The notes below the pieces were generated by a model. The model ran no database searches. It was not told where the DNA came from and saw nothing but the letters and a program-made list of their open reading frames with translations. Positions 1-11,399 of a stretch of 64,000 nt of DNA are shown here, piece after piece. Where the stretch lies: assembly GCF_006345805.1 (NCBI RefSeq), contig NW_021833850.1:1-64000 (forward strand), in the 5' to 3' direction. The stretch's first letter is position 1. Each line of letters starts with the position of its first letter. The translations under genes and the position numbers were made by a program. This DNA comes from Octopus sinensis. Lineage: Eukaryota.

Positions 1-1379
1 TATAACAACGAATGTAGAAGTATAGAGAGCAGAACAAGCGGGATATTCGTTGGGATTATATTTAACCTATTCGGTAATTGGATGATAAGCAGAGAGGATA
101 ACTAACATTTAGACAGAATGAACAAAACAGAACAGGAGACACGTCAGATTGAAAATCGCTGAAGAGGTCACAAGTAGAGCGACAAAAGATTTCAGACAAA
201 GGACACTAAAGTAAGAATCAGGAATCTTGCAAAATAAGTGCATAAAGAGAACTCCTTTAACTTTTACATTTGTTTCACCAGTAGAGCATTTTTCATGCTG
301 GTTGGAGAATAAGATACTTCTGAGACAATTTTGTTTTTATTTGGGTCTCTATGAAATCCTCGTATTTGAGTCTATTCTCAAAGAAGAAAAATATTCGTAT
401 ATATTATGAGCCCTCTTAATTTTAATTCCAAAAGATTTTTAAAGTCAAATGAGGTGACAAAGATTGGAGGTTTGGAGAAACGATATATCAAAAAGAAAAG
501 AGAAAAGATGTGGGGCAGAACAGCGAAAACCTGTAGATTCTAGCAAAATGGTGACAAGATATCCAAGGAAGTTTTGACTTTACACAATCGGGATAATCAC
601 TAAAAAGTTGTGGTACTAAGGCTCCGGAATACCTGGTGAAGGTAAATTTTGTTTATGCAAATAAAGAACTACTATCACATGTTTTATTCTGTATGTTCTT
701 CAGTCTCATTACTTTCGCTGCCCTTCGCAGTAACTGAACAAGAAGTTAAGAGAGTCCGGGTTTTGGGCTGGTGTGGGCATGTTTATTACATTATGTCATA
801 AAGGTGAAAACGTATAAAATTCGCCATGTCTGTCATACATACATTCACTCACTTGCATATATACATATGTACGTACATACATAAATATGTGTGTGTGTGT
901 ATGTGTTTATATATATATATATATATACATATCTATATACATACAGTTATGCACACCTGCATAAATGCAGTGTGTGTGTGTTTGTGCGCGTTCGCGCAGA
1001 TTACGATATTCATCTAACAATCGATCGGTCGATCTACATGTGTGAGTGTGGTGTGTATATGTACAAACATACACATCATGTTTCTTTGCGTGTGAGTTGA
1101 ATGCGTGAGAGTAGTATGTTTATGAGCGCATGTGAATGTAGTTGTGTGCATGTGTGTGTGTGTGCGCGCGCACATGTGTATATTAATCTCTGTGTGTACG
1201 AGTGTGTGTGTGTACCCGTTTGTATAACCAATGGGTACACTAGCATGTATATGTACTGATACAAATAGACGACTACCACGTGTGGCACAAAAATACACGA
1301 AACAAAACAAAAAAAAAGAAAAGAAATCAAAAAATAAAGAAATCTGATAAATGGTTGAGGGGTAGGTAGGAGGGATGGA

Positions 1380-1939
1380 TAGTTTTAGATGGAGGATATA
1401 GGTGGAGGTATGTGATGGGGGTTGTTTAGGTGGAAGTATGAGTGTGGGGTGGAGAGTGGGTGGGCGGGTGTGGGTAAGGAAAGTTGGGAAGAACATTTCG
1501 GCAATTGATTCATAAGTGGAAATGTTTTTGATGATGACGGTATATTTTCATCGTAGTTGTGAGTTGAGTGAGGGGGAGTTGGGTGGGGGCGAGGGGGAAA
1601 TAAAGGGTTAGGGTGGTGAAGGGTAGCATAGTAGTGGTGGTGGTGGTGAGAGTAGTAGTAATAGTAGTAGTATTGGTGTAGTAGAAGTAACAGTGGCGGT
1701 GAGGGTGGTGGTAATAGTGGCGGTGAAGGTGGCTGTAGTGGTGGCGGTGAGAGTGGATGTGGTGGTAGTGGTGGTTGTAGTAGTAGTAGTAGTTGTAATA
1801 ATTGTGATGGTAGGTATGACAAGGGTGAAGAGAGATGAACGATATAGCAATAGTGTTGGTGAGAATGTCGAGGATGAAGGGGTAATAGTGGGAGAGATGG
1901 TGGAGCGGGACCATTGGAATATAGGTAAGGATGTAGATA

Positions 1940-2004
<65 letters not shown>

Positions 2005-2330
2005 TTCTAGTGGTGCTGGTACTAGTGCTGGTGTTGGCTCAGGTGCGAGTGGTGTAAGCTATTAGCAGTGGAGGTGTGCGTGCAAGACGTTGGCGGCGGC
2101 GGCGGTGGTGATAGGGGTGGTGGTAATAGGGCAAGGCGAGAGTGAAGGGTGGCAGTAGAAGCAATAGTATTATTAGTAGTATGATACAGAACGGTAGTGC
2201 TGGTGGTGGTGGTGTTGGTGGTGGTGGCGTTGGTGGTGGTGGTGTTGGTGTGGTGGTGTTGGTGGTGATGGTGGCGGCGGAATTAAAAGTGAGAGAGACT
2301 GTGTATGAGAGAGAGGAAGAGTGAAGACAG
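1380..2330. repeat. Purine-rich low-complexity region with (GGT)n/(GTA)n and perfect (GAT)n at ~1940-2005
   Basis: Directly visible trinucleotide slippage arrays. Confidence 0.95.
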
Positions 2331-2539
2331 CGGCTAAGTGAAAAGTAACGGGTGGCGACGTGAGGAGGACGAACAGTGAGTAATAATGCGTGTGTATGTG
2401 TGTAAGCGTGTATGTGTGCGCATGTGGATGATTCTGTGTATGCATTTGTTGAAAAATAGAGCACCTACATGTGTTCGTGTGTCTTTTTCTTGCTTGCGTA
2501 TGTACATCTGCGTACCAAAGTCTATGTGTATATATACTC

Positions 2540-3011
2540 ATCTCATACATATTTATATATATAATATATATAATATATATATATTATATATATATCATAT
2601 ATATATAGATATATATATATATGTACATATATACATATATATACATATATATATATATATATACATATATATATACATATATATACATATATATATATAC
2701 ATATATATACATATATATATACATACATACTATATATATACATATATATAATACATACATATACAGATATACATATATATACATACTATATATTATATTA
2801 TACAAATACTTCATACATATATATATAATATATATACATACATATACATATATACCTAATATACATATATATATTATATATATATATACATATATACATA
2901 CATATATATATATATATACACACATATATACCTACATATATATATATATCTATATACATATTTATTACATATATATATATATATATCCCACACATATATA
3001 ATATATAACAT

Positions 3012-3086
<75 letters not shown>

Positions 3087-3130
3087 TACATATATACATA
3101 CATATATATATCATATACATACATATATAT

Positions 3131-3202
<72 letters not shown>

Positions 3203-3225
3203 GCATATATATATAATATATATAT

Positions 3226-3260
<35 letters not shown>

Positions 3261-3290
3261 GTATATATATATTATATATATATATGTTTT
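2540..3290. repeat. Long cryptic (TA)n/(TACA)n microsatellite
   Basis: Directly visible. Comparable TA-rich arrays occur at 24490-24850, 25375-25540, 26370-26790 and 63240-63465. Confidence 0.97.
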
Positions 3291-3979
3291 CAATTCGCTC
3301 TCTGTCTAAGCTCACTGTCTGCGTCTCTCTTTCTCTCTTAACCCCCATCCGACCACACATACTCATATGTGTCTACGCTTGTATATAACTATAGCACTCG
3401 CGCGCGCACATTCATGTAGGGGGAGTATTTGCGATGTGAGGGAGGATGACTTGTAAGTAAGTTTACATGTGTACGTTGAATAACCGTACATTTACCCTCG
3501 CCATATAAATAGACCGTGGGGCGAAGCAACAGAGATCTCTTTGCAGAATGAATGCAAGAAAAGCTAGACTTGTTTCGCCTGGTTATTGCCAACTCATCAA
3601 GAGTGTCTGGTTCGTTCGCACGTCTCACTCGCAGAGAGAGAGGGGAGGGAGTAAATTACAACTACTTATTTAAAATATCAGCAGTAGGCATTGATTTTTA
3701 CTAACACTCATAGCTATATTTCTATACAAATAGACACACACACATACACACACACTCTCACACGTGTGTGTGTAGCAATGCAAATACACACGTGCTGTTG
3801 GTTGTCTTTTTCCTTCTCTGGACTTTTCTGTTTTCATTTTGACGAAAAGCTATGCTCGAAACGTCTACAACTCTTCTAATCGAACGTCAAACTAATAGAT
3901 TCCATGTGCACGTCCTTCTGTTGTTTGTTATTGGTATTTTTAATGTTCGTTATATGTATATATATATATATATATAATT

Positions 3980-4260
3980 TTAATCCAAACGGGAAACAAA
4001 AAAACAACAACAATGGAACAATTACAGTATTATTATTAATAGGCGCTCAGGAAATGGAAGAAGAGGAATGGAAGCAGGGAGGTATGACGTTTCGAGCGGA
4101 GCTCTTCGTCGGAAACATAAAGAAGGAAGAGAGAGGAAGAAAGATCCCAGAGCGGCAACAGGGATAGAGAAAAAAACGACTGGTGTTTACGAGTTACACA
4201 TGGTGAAAGGCGGATGTTTACGATAACAAGAGCAAAGTAGGTTTTTAAAGGCAAAAGAGT
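3980..4260 (-). mobile_element. Penelope pLTR-like fragment with degenerate hammerhead core (4086-4112)
   Basis: The minus strand reads CCGACGA-A-GAGC-UCC-GCUC-GAAAC-GUC. The core has U4 changed to C and no good stem I. It shares the ...CGCTCAGGAA... block with 25620 and 32400 and abuts (TA)n. Confidence 0.45.
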
Positions 4261-4789
4261 GGAGACAAGGTTGATAACGCAACAGATGTGTGTGTATGTG
4301 TGAGTGTGTGCGTGTGCGTGTGTGTATGTGTGTGTGTGAGGCGAGATAAAAAAACAAAAATATATGTATGTGTTAGTGTGTGCGTCTGTGTGTGGGCGTG
4401 TGAGGTAGGGCGAGACAGTGGTCAGCATAGCAGACAAAGGGTCAGTAGTAAGAAAAAGAAGGAAGGAGGAAGGGAGGAGGGGAAGGGGTGGGGGCGTATG
4501 TAGCGTGCCAGCGTGTGTTGAGTAGTAGTGTGTGTGTGTGTCCAGTGTCGTGGTAGTATTAATGGCGAGTAGATTGAATGTGTGTAAGAGTAATGTATAT
4601 ATTTAAGCAATGTGTGTATATTGTGCGCGTGTGTGTAACGAAAAGGGGGGGGTTTAAGGAAAAAAAGACTCCAGCTGAGGGGAAGATGGAAGAGTGGTCC
4701 CGCGGAGACGGGCGTGGGAAACCCAACGACAAGCGACGGTCCCAGGAACGGGCGGGAGGTCTCGTCGGGTCCAAGAGCGAGGTGCATGC

Positions 4790-5612
4790 GGCGCGTATGC
4801 GTGCGCGAACCGGCGCAAGCGCATGTGTGCGCGCGCCTGCGAGTATGCGCGTATATGTTATGTGTGTGGATGTGTGAGTGTGTCTGTGTGTATGTCTGGG
4901 TGGCAGTGTGTCCGATGAATGTATGTGAGTATGTGTGTATATATGTGTGTGCATAGATGTAAGTCCGTGTGTGTGTGTGTGTGGGTGTGTATGTGTATGA
5001 GTGTGTATGTATGTACGTGTGGGTGTGGAAGTGTGTGTATGTGCATGTGTGTGCGCGTACATACAGGTGTGTGAGTGAGTGTGTGGTGTGTATGTATGTG
5101 TGAGTGTGTATGTATGTGTGTGTAGGATGCATGTATGTGTATGGTGTATGTATGCGTGTGTGTATGTATGTATGTGTACGTGCGTGTGTGTGTGTGTATG
5201 CGTGTAGGTGTGCGCGTGTGCATGCATGCATGCATGTGCGTATGTGTGTGTGTGTGCATGTGTGTGGGTATATATGTATGTGCGTATATGTGTGTGTATG
5301 TGCGTACATGTGTGTGTGTGTATGCATGTGTGTGTATGTAGGTGTGTAGGCGTGTATGTATAGGTGTATGTATGTAAGTATGTATGGGTGTGTCCTTGTA
5401 TGTGTGTGTATGTAGATGTGTGGGCGTGTGTATATGTGTGTGTATGTAGGTGTGTGGGCGTGTGTATATAGGTGTATGTATGTATGTCTGGGCGTGTCCG
5501 TGCATGTTTGTGTGTGTGTGTGTGTATGCATGTGTATGTAGGTGTGTGTGTACGTGTGTAATGTATGTGTGTATGCGTGTGTATGCGTGCATATATATAT
5601 ATATATATATAT
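4790..5612. repeat. Long cryptic (TG)n/(TATG)n microsatellite
   Basis: Directly visible. It is the source of the spurious HT/CV-rich 244-369 aa ORFs. Confidence 0.97.
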
Positions 5613-6243
5613 ATAAGGATAAGATCGTTATTTAAAATACTCATCATATCAAGCGGCTAGCATAGGAATAAAAACTTCATACGTAATAATTATTATTCAA
5701 ATTATAATTAAGGGTATCTAAAAGATACTACCATGCTAGATTTAGCAGCCAAAACTTGACTCTAAAACCACATTAAATGTTCATACAGTACCAGGAGAGA
5801 AGACTAAGAGACAAAATAAACAAGCAAAAAATTATTGGATAATTCCAGATCCCGGATTTCTGATTTTGTATAAGAAATGCTTTACCTCATCAGTGGAATA
5901 CACACAAAATAGCACATAAATACAAATACATATATACACAAAATACGTATATTTACATATACGCACGTATACACACATATATATGCACGTATGCACACCA
6001 TCAGTTTAAATTGTCTGTCTAAACTACACGTGCTATATGGTCAAAATACCATCGCAGTGAATATAATGAAGTAAATATATAAATCGTTATTTAAAATACC
6101 GATCATATTAAGTGACTGGCATGGGAATAAAAACCTCATAGGTAATAATTATTATTAAACTTATAATTAAGGGTATCTAAAAGATACCACCATGCTAGAT
6201 ATAGCAGCCAAAATTTGACTCTAAAACCACATTAATGTTCATA
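5609..6243 (-). mobile_element. HHR-bearing (TA)n-adjacent repeat (Penelope pLTR-like), about 1.3 tandem units with ~460-bp period
   Basis: 5622-5785 is repeated at 6082-6243 (TCGTTATTTAAAATAC...CACATTAA(A)TGTTCATA). A homologous dispersed copy lies at ~48990-49260. The unit contains HHR-B1. Confidence 0.55.
5842..5899 (-). ncRNA. Type I hammerhead-like ribozyme motif (HHR-B1)
   Basis: The minus strand reads AUUCCA-CUGAUGA-GGU...AUC-A-GAAA-UCCGGGA-UC^UGGAAU. Stem I is 6 bp, stem II is 3 bp, and stem III AUCCGGGAU is near-palindromic. There is one extra A before GAAA. Confidence 0.65.
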
Positions 6244-6978
6244 GGCGACTCCAGGTCATCAGCATCACTCGGGCTCATCACAGATTTCGCATAAGACACA
6301 TACCTACTCGAAGAATTTCACGTTTTTCTAGCCCCAAATAGATTAATTTTATGTCTAGCACCGTCTTTCTCCATTTCTAAGTTAAATAAGAATAAAGCAA
6401 CCCTGCAAAACACAACTCATCTTTACATACAAACGCACAGAATAACAGCAATCAAATAACGACAGCGGAGTGCACAACAAACATCAGCGATCTGCCTGTC
6501 GCCTGTACTCTTGAAAAGAGATGCCAGTTAGTCTTTTACACTTACCAGGCTCGTTCGTGTTAGCCGGAGTTGCTGGATAATTTTACGTTCCTTTAAGAAT
6601 ATTGTAGAACGGAAACTTTTCATAGATTGGAATTTAAATCCTAATCTCTATAGAAATTTTTTGTTTCGAGAAAACATTGAATTTCGATTACTTTTAACTT
6701 TTATGAGTCCCGAGTCAGGCGCGTGTGAACGATGTCGAGAGAACGTCTGCAACGAACGACATTTTATGACACAGGGCATCTCCTAGACGACTACCAGACA
6801 CCGAACGAAAATATATGAACTGCGTCCATGCTCAATAATAGGAGCCGAGTTATTGGCTGCAATTATATACTTGAAGTCAGTCTTGGCAGAATTTAAATCA
6901 TCTTGCAAATACACGCTCATTTCATTAAATTCATACTCGGGCTAAGCCCGAACAGCCGGAGTGCCGGAGTCGCCACTG
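6244..6978. mobile_element. hAT-like non-autonomous DNA element
   Basis: Inverted termini: GGCGACTCCAGG at 6244 and CCGGAGTCGCCACTG ending at 6978 (CAGTGGCG-type end). Subterminal CGGGCT motifs occur at both ends. Confidence 0.5.
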
Positions 6979-6995
6979 ATATATATATATATACA

Positions 6996-7245
6996 CAGTG
7001 GCGGACTGGGTCTAAAAATATTGGTTATCAGGAGACGAAGGGGGACCACCCGCAACTACAATGCTATCATTTAAATTTTTTGTTTGTTTGTTTGTTTGTT
7101 AAAAGTATTCTTTTCAACTGTCTACAAACACAACCAGGCTGAAATAATTAATGCCTTCTTCCAGGAGTGAATAAAAATTTCCCCTTTAGATATTAACATG
7201 GGCCCTCATATATGGATTCTAATGGTGCAGGGGCCCACTTACCAT
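6996..7245 (+). mobile_element. Left part of a second hAT-like MITE
   Basis: Begins CAGTGGCGGACTGGG after a TA run and contains GGGCCC motifs. It is truncated where the maT relic begins. Confidence 0.4.
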
Positions 7246-7755
7246 CGGAGACATACATCAAGTGCCTGAAGGAGGTAGTGTTGCCTTGGGTCAAGAGGGT
7301 GGTTGCTGAAAGACCCTATATTCTGGCAACAGGACTCTACACCATGTCACACATGCAGGAGAACCCAGTCATGGTTGTCAGACAATTTCTGCGACCACAT
7401 CACCCATTAACATCTGGCCACCTAACTCCCCAGACTGCAACACCCTTGATTATTATGTGTGGAGCGCAATTGAGTGAGAGACCAACAAAACTCTTTGTAA
7501 GACTAAAGATGACTGAAGGCAAGGATTATGGCTGCATTTACCAATTTAAATAAGGAGACCATCCAGAAGAGTTGCAGGAGATTCCGAAGTTGTCTGGAGA
7601 CCGTGGATGAAGCCAATGGCAACTTTATTGAATAAATTTACTCTTTAGAATTTCAAGATATTTTTATGTAATTTTGGTAAATATATCTGTTAAAATGAGA
7701 TGACAGTGTTATTTTCATTTTTGCGTAATTTAGACAATTTATTCACCGCACCCTG
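7246..7755 (+). pseudogene. Tc1/mariner superfamily DD37D (maT) transposase 3' relic with right TIR
   Basis: Frameshift-corrected translation: YIKCLKEVVLPWVKRV...WQQDSTPCHTCRRTQSWLSDNFCDHIT.NIWPPNSPDCNTLDYYVWSAIE...SCRRFRSCLETVDEANGNFIE*. There are 37 residues between the second and third catalytic Asp. The end ...TTCACCGCACCCTG is followed by TA. Confidence 0.88.
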
Positions 7756-8149
7756 TATATATAGAATGTACAGTATGTCTAATACATACAAACATATATG
7801 TGCGCGCGTACTCGCACGTGTATGTAAATTTGTAGTGCAATATATGGAGTCATGGCATCTGGTTGCAATCACGGAAAAGCGCCTCTAATGGCCCGGCATT
7901 GGTGTAACCATTAGGTTCTAGTGATTTGAAGAGCTAGCCTACTATATCTGCGTTGATTTGTAATTATACAGTTGTCCCGCGCAATGTGTCCCATGCATAT
8001 TGGTGCAGACATGTAAAATAATTTATTATACACTGAAATTATTAGTATAAGATTAAGGCTGCGAAACGGCCGTAATTCCTACGGATATCAAGTAGTTAAA
8101 TATATATATTCACCTCTCATACCTCTTGACTTTCAATGCTCTCTCTCTT

Positions 8150-8258
<109 letters not shown>

Positions 8259-8468
8259 CTAGCTGTATATAGTTACATGAGGTAAATATAAAGGTCCTTC
8301 CAGGGGCCGTATTATCGATTTTTCTACAATCTATGTATGTCAAGAGGTTTCCAGACATGAGTTCTACTTATGTGTCAAGTTTCATCAAAATCAGTAAAAC
8401 GATGTAGGAGGAGTTAGTTAACAACGCCACAAACAAACACACACCGATTTTCCACATATGTAGTAGAT
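8259..8468 (-). mobile_element. Short non-autonomous Helitron-like element
   Basis: CTAG next to (TA)n at one end and GTAGTAGAT (5' ATC on the minus strand) at the other. The internal AAGTTTCATCAAAATC motif and short ACAAAC microsatellite are typical of these elements. Confidence 0.5.
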
Positions 8469-8665
8469 ACACACAAACACAAACACACACAGACATAATG
8501 CTCGAAATGAGGAATAGCTGGACAGCCGACAACTGATGAAGGGTGGTTTTTTTATGTCACTTGTGTTTTCCATTCGTTGTTTGTGTACTCAGCTCATTTG
8601 TTTATGTAATTCATTTGGATGATGGTTTGTGACGTCCTGTACCTATATATGCATATATATATATA

Positions 8666-8714
<49 letters not shown>

Positions 8715-9350
8715 TATTACATACATACAAACATACATATACATATATATATATATATTATATATATATGCACATATGCGTATGTATATATGCATATGTA
8801 TATATATATATATATTATATATATATATATATATCATACACACACACATGTATACATATATATCAATGCATGCATATAAATACATATGTTTATACATATA
8901 TATGTATATGTGCGCACAGTCACACACCCACACCCACACACACACACACACACTTGATAGAATTCAGTTACCCGATACCATATGTTTCGTGCGAATATAT
9001 TCGCAGTTATTCAATCAGAACTTGAATAATGGATGACAAATTCACCAATTAATTAGCACGAGTGTTCCAAGAACTTTCATGAAGTTATGGATAATGTGAA
9101 ATATTTACGATCATGGCTACTGGTTGACCTTTGATTGGTCGTTGTTTGTATATTGTTTGTATGGTGTGACAGAATTCTTTTTATATACTGTGATTATTGA
9201 ACAGTCACTGGATTGTTGGGGGATAGAGTATATAGAATAATTTGCTGTGTAAAAGAAGGTATATGGAACGAGTAGGGATGTAGAGAGACAACCGATCTGA
9301 GAACGTGCCAGGTTCATTCATTTATCATTGTCAACATAAATATGCGTTTA

Positions 9351-9565
9351 AAGGCAGCAAGCTGGTAGAATCGTCAGCATGCCGAGCGAAATGGGGTTTT
9401 TTTTGTCTGTCGCTGCATTCTGTGTTCAAATTCCGCCGAGGTCTACTTTGCCTTTTATCCTTTCAAGGTCGATAAATTAAGTACCAGTTGAGCACTGGGG
9501 TCGATGTAATCGATTTACCCCCTGTCCCGAAATTGCTGACCTTGTGCCAACATTTGAAAGCAATA
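9351..9565 (+). mobile_element. tRNA-derived SINE, family A
   Basis: Head GGCAGCAAGCTGGTAGAA, B-box GTTCAAATTCC, and central GCCTTT.ATCCTTTC..GGTCGATAAATTAAGTACCAGT. Confidence 0.8.
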
Positions 9566-9774
9566 TAAATATTCGTTCACAAATTTTGTCGTGAAAAATT
9601 TAAGAAATTCACTTCGCGAATATGTGGTTTCTAGTTCAATCCCACTGTGCAGCGCATCGGACAAGTGCCTTTTCTTAAAACCATCTGTCAACCAATGTCC
9701 GATAAGTGAATTTGGTTGACAGAATCTGTGTGAAAATCCATTCTATCTATCTATCTATCTAGCTATATAGGCAA

Positions 9775-9960
9775 ATCAAAGTTAAAAATAGGAAAAACAA
9801 CGTAAGTCAATCAGACGTACACAGTGAATATATCAGTTTGACGCTCGGTGAATGTTTTAGATGGAAAAATAGGAGTATAATGACATTTCGAGCATGGCTC
9901 TTCGTCAGAAAGACGGAAAAGTCCAGAGAGGAAGAAAATGAGGAAGTAGCAGATCTGAAG
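9775..9960 (-). mobile_element. Penelope pLTR-like fragment with degenerate hammerhead core (9882-9908)
   Basis: The minus strand reads CUGACGA-A-GAGC-CAU-GCUC-GAAAU-GUC. Stem I is not supported. Confidence 0.4.
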
Positions 9961-9998
9961 CTACATAGTCGCTTTAGAGTTTAATTAAGCTAGGACAT

Positions 9999-10254
9999 TG
10001 TTGTGATGAGAGTTACGGCGACCCTTTGCAAGAGACAGACTAGTCCGAGTGAAGTATAAATACTAATGATCCAAATGAGTTCAGAGTTCGGAATCGAGTG
10101 AAGCTTGTGTTAGATCGCAGTGAAGTCGGAAGGTGTCGGTTGGTTAGTTCTCAAGGAATATTGAATGTTGGTTCGTAAAGAGATTCTTTTGTTAGTTACA
10201 TTGTTGTTACTACTGTCTGGTTATCTCATTTATTGTACGTAACAAATTTCCACA
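9999..10254 (+). repeat. 5' LTR
   Basis: TG...CA termini, an internal TATAAATA, and colinear similarity to 12881-13138. Confidence 0.9.
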
Positions 10255-10256
10255 TT

Positions 10257-10267
10257 TGGCGACGAGG
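10257..10267 (+). promoter_or_regulatory. Primer binding site, tRNA-Ser(GCU)-type
   Basis: TGGCGACGAGG lies 2 nt after the LTR end and is complementary to the 3' end (CCUCGUCG-CCA) of metazoan tRNA-Ser(GCU). Confidence 0.75.
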
Positions 10268-10324
10268 GTTTCAAAGCTCATATAGGTTATCTAACAATTT
10301 GTTCGTGATACAACTTGTTAAATA

Positions 10325-11300
10325 ATGGAAGACCTATTAGCTTCCATAGTACAGTTGCAAAAGCAACAAGAGCAGCAACAGGAGATGCAGAAGCAACTAT
10401 TGCAGCAACAACTACTGGAACTATATTCAAAGAAGTCTAAAAATGAGCTAAGTTCGTTTTCGCCAGACGGCGTTTCAAACTTGATTAATGAATTCAGTTA
10501 TAGCCCAGAGGAGGGTATAACTTTTGCATCGTACTACAGAAGGTACGAGGAGATTTTTAAGCAAGATTGCAAATCATGGTCGGACGAACAAAAAGTGAGA
10601 TCGTTATTGCGAAAATTAACTTCGTTAGAGCCTGAACGTTACTGTAAGTTCATACAGTTCATACAGTTCATACAGTTCATACAGAACTTCATGAAAGTTC
10701 TTGGAACACTCGTGCTAATTAATTGGTGAATTTGTCATCTATTATTCAAGTTCTGATTGAATAACTGCGAATATATTCGCACGAAACATGGTATCGGATA
10801 ACTGAATTCTATCAAGTGTGTGTGTGTGACTGTGCGCACATATACATATATATGTATAAACATATGTATTTATATGCATGCATTGATATATATGTAATTT
10901 CATACCGCCCAAAAATCCCAATGAAATTTGTCTTAAAGAAACAATAGAATTACTGTCTAACATATTCGGTGATAAAACTTCTCTATTTAACACTCGAATG
11001 GAGAGTTGGAATATAAGGAAAAAAGAGAATTATGATCACATACGCAGGAACAGTCAACAGGATGTGTGAAAGTTTTAAACGCCAAGAACTTACACCTGAG
11101 ATGTTCAAGTGTCTTATTTTCGTATAAGGCCTTGCAACAAGCGAAGATGCAAAAATACTCAAGAAAAGGCTTCCTCAAAAATACAGATATACCGACCGGA
11201 AAAGTACAACCAAAAAAGAGCACCATGTCCTAATCGATGTTATGGATGTGGGGACATACATTTCAGAAAAGACTGTCCATTTAAAAATCAAATATGTTAC
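10325..11300 (+). pseudogene. gag: Gypsy gag with CCHC zinc knuckle, interrupted by an insertion at 10647-10896
   Basis: FSYSPEEGITFASYYRRYEEIF...KVRSLLRKL..ERYC, resuming as CNFIPPKNPNEICLKETIELLSNIFGDKTSLFNTR. The knuckle CYGCGDIHFRKDC is at ~11237-11275. Confidence 0.88.
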
Positions 11301-11399
11301 AGTTATCAAAGAATTAGTCACAAGAGTTCAAACTGCAGAACAAAATTACGAAGGTCAAACTTTAAAAATCCTGCAGTGCTCTCAGCAGAAACAAAAATC

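Noticed and set aside
1-660. Complex sequence at the window start, considered as a LINE/PLE relic or exon
   Set aside because: No diagnostic motif was found in six frames, so it is left unannotated.
1385-2550. Poly-Pro/His/Thr/Asp/Val ORFs
   Set aside because: They are products of trinucleotide slippage arrays and are open in overlapping frames.
4422-5647. 369, 362 and 244 aa His/Thr-rich ORFs
   Set aside because: These are translations of (CA)n/(TACA)n repeats, open in several frames on both strands, with no domain content.
8498-8550. GCTCGAAA...CTGATGAAGGG as a permuted (type II) hammerhead
   Set aside because: Stem I is not adjacent to the core and stem III is marginal, so no coherent fold results.
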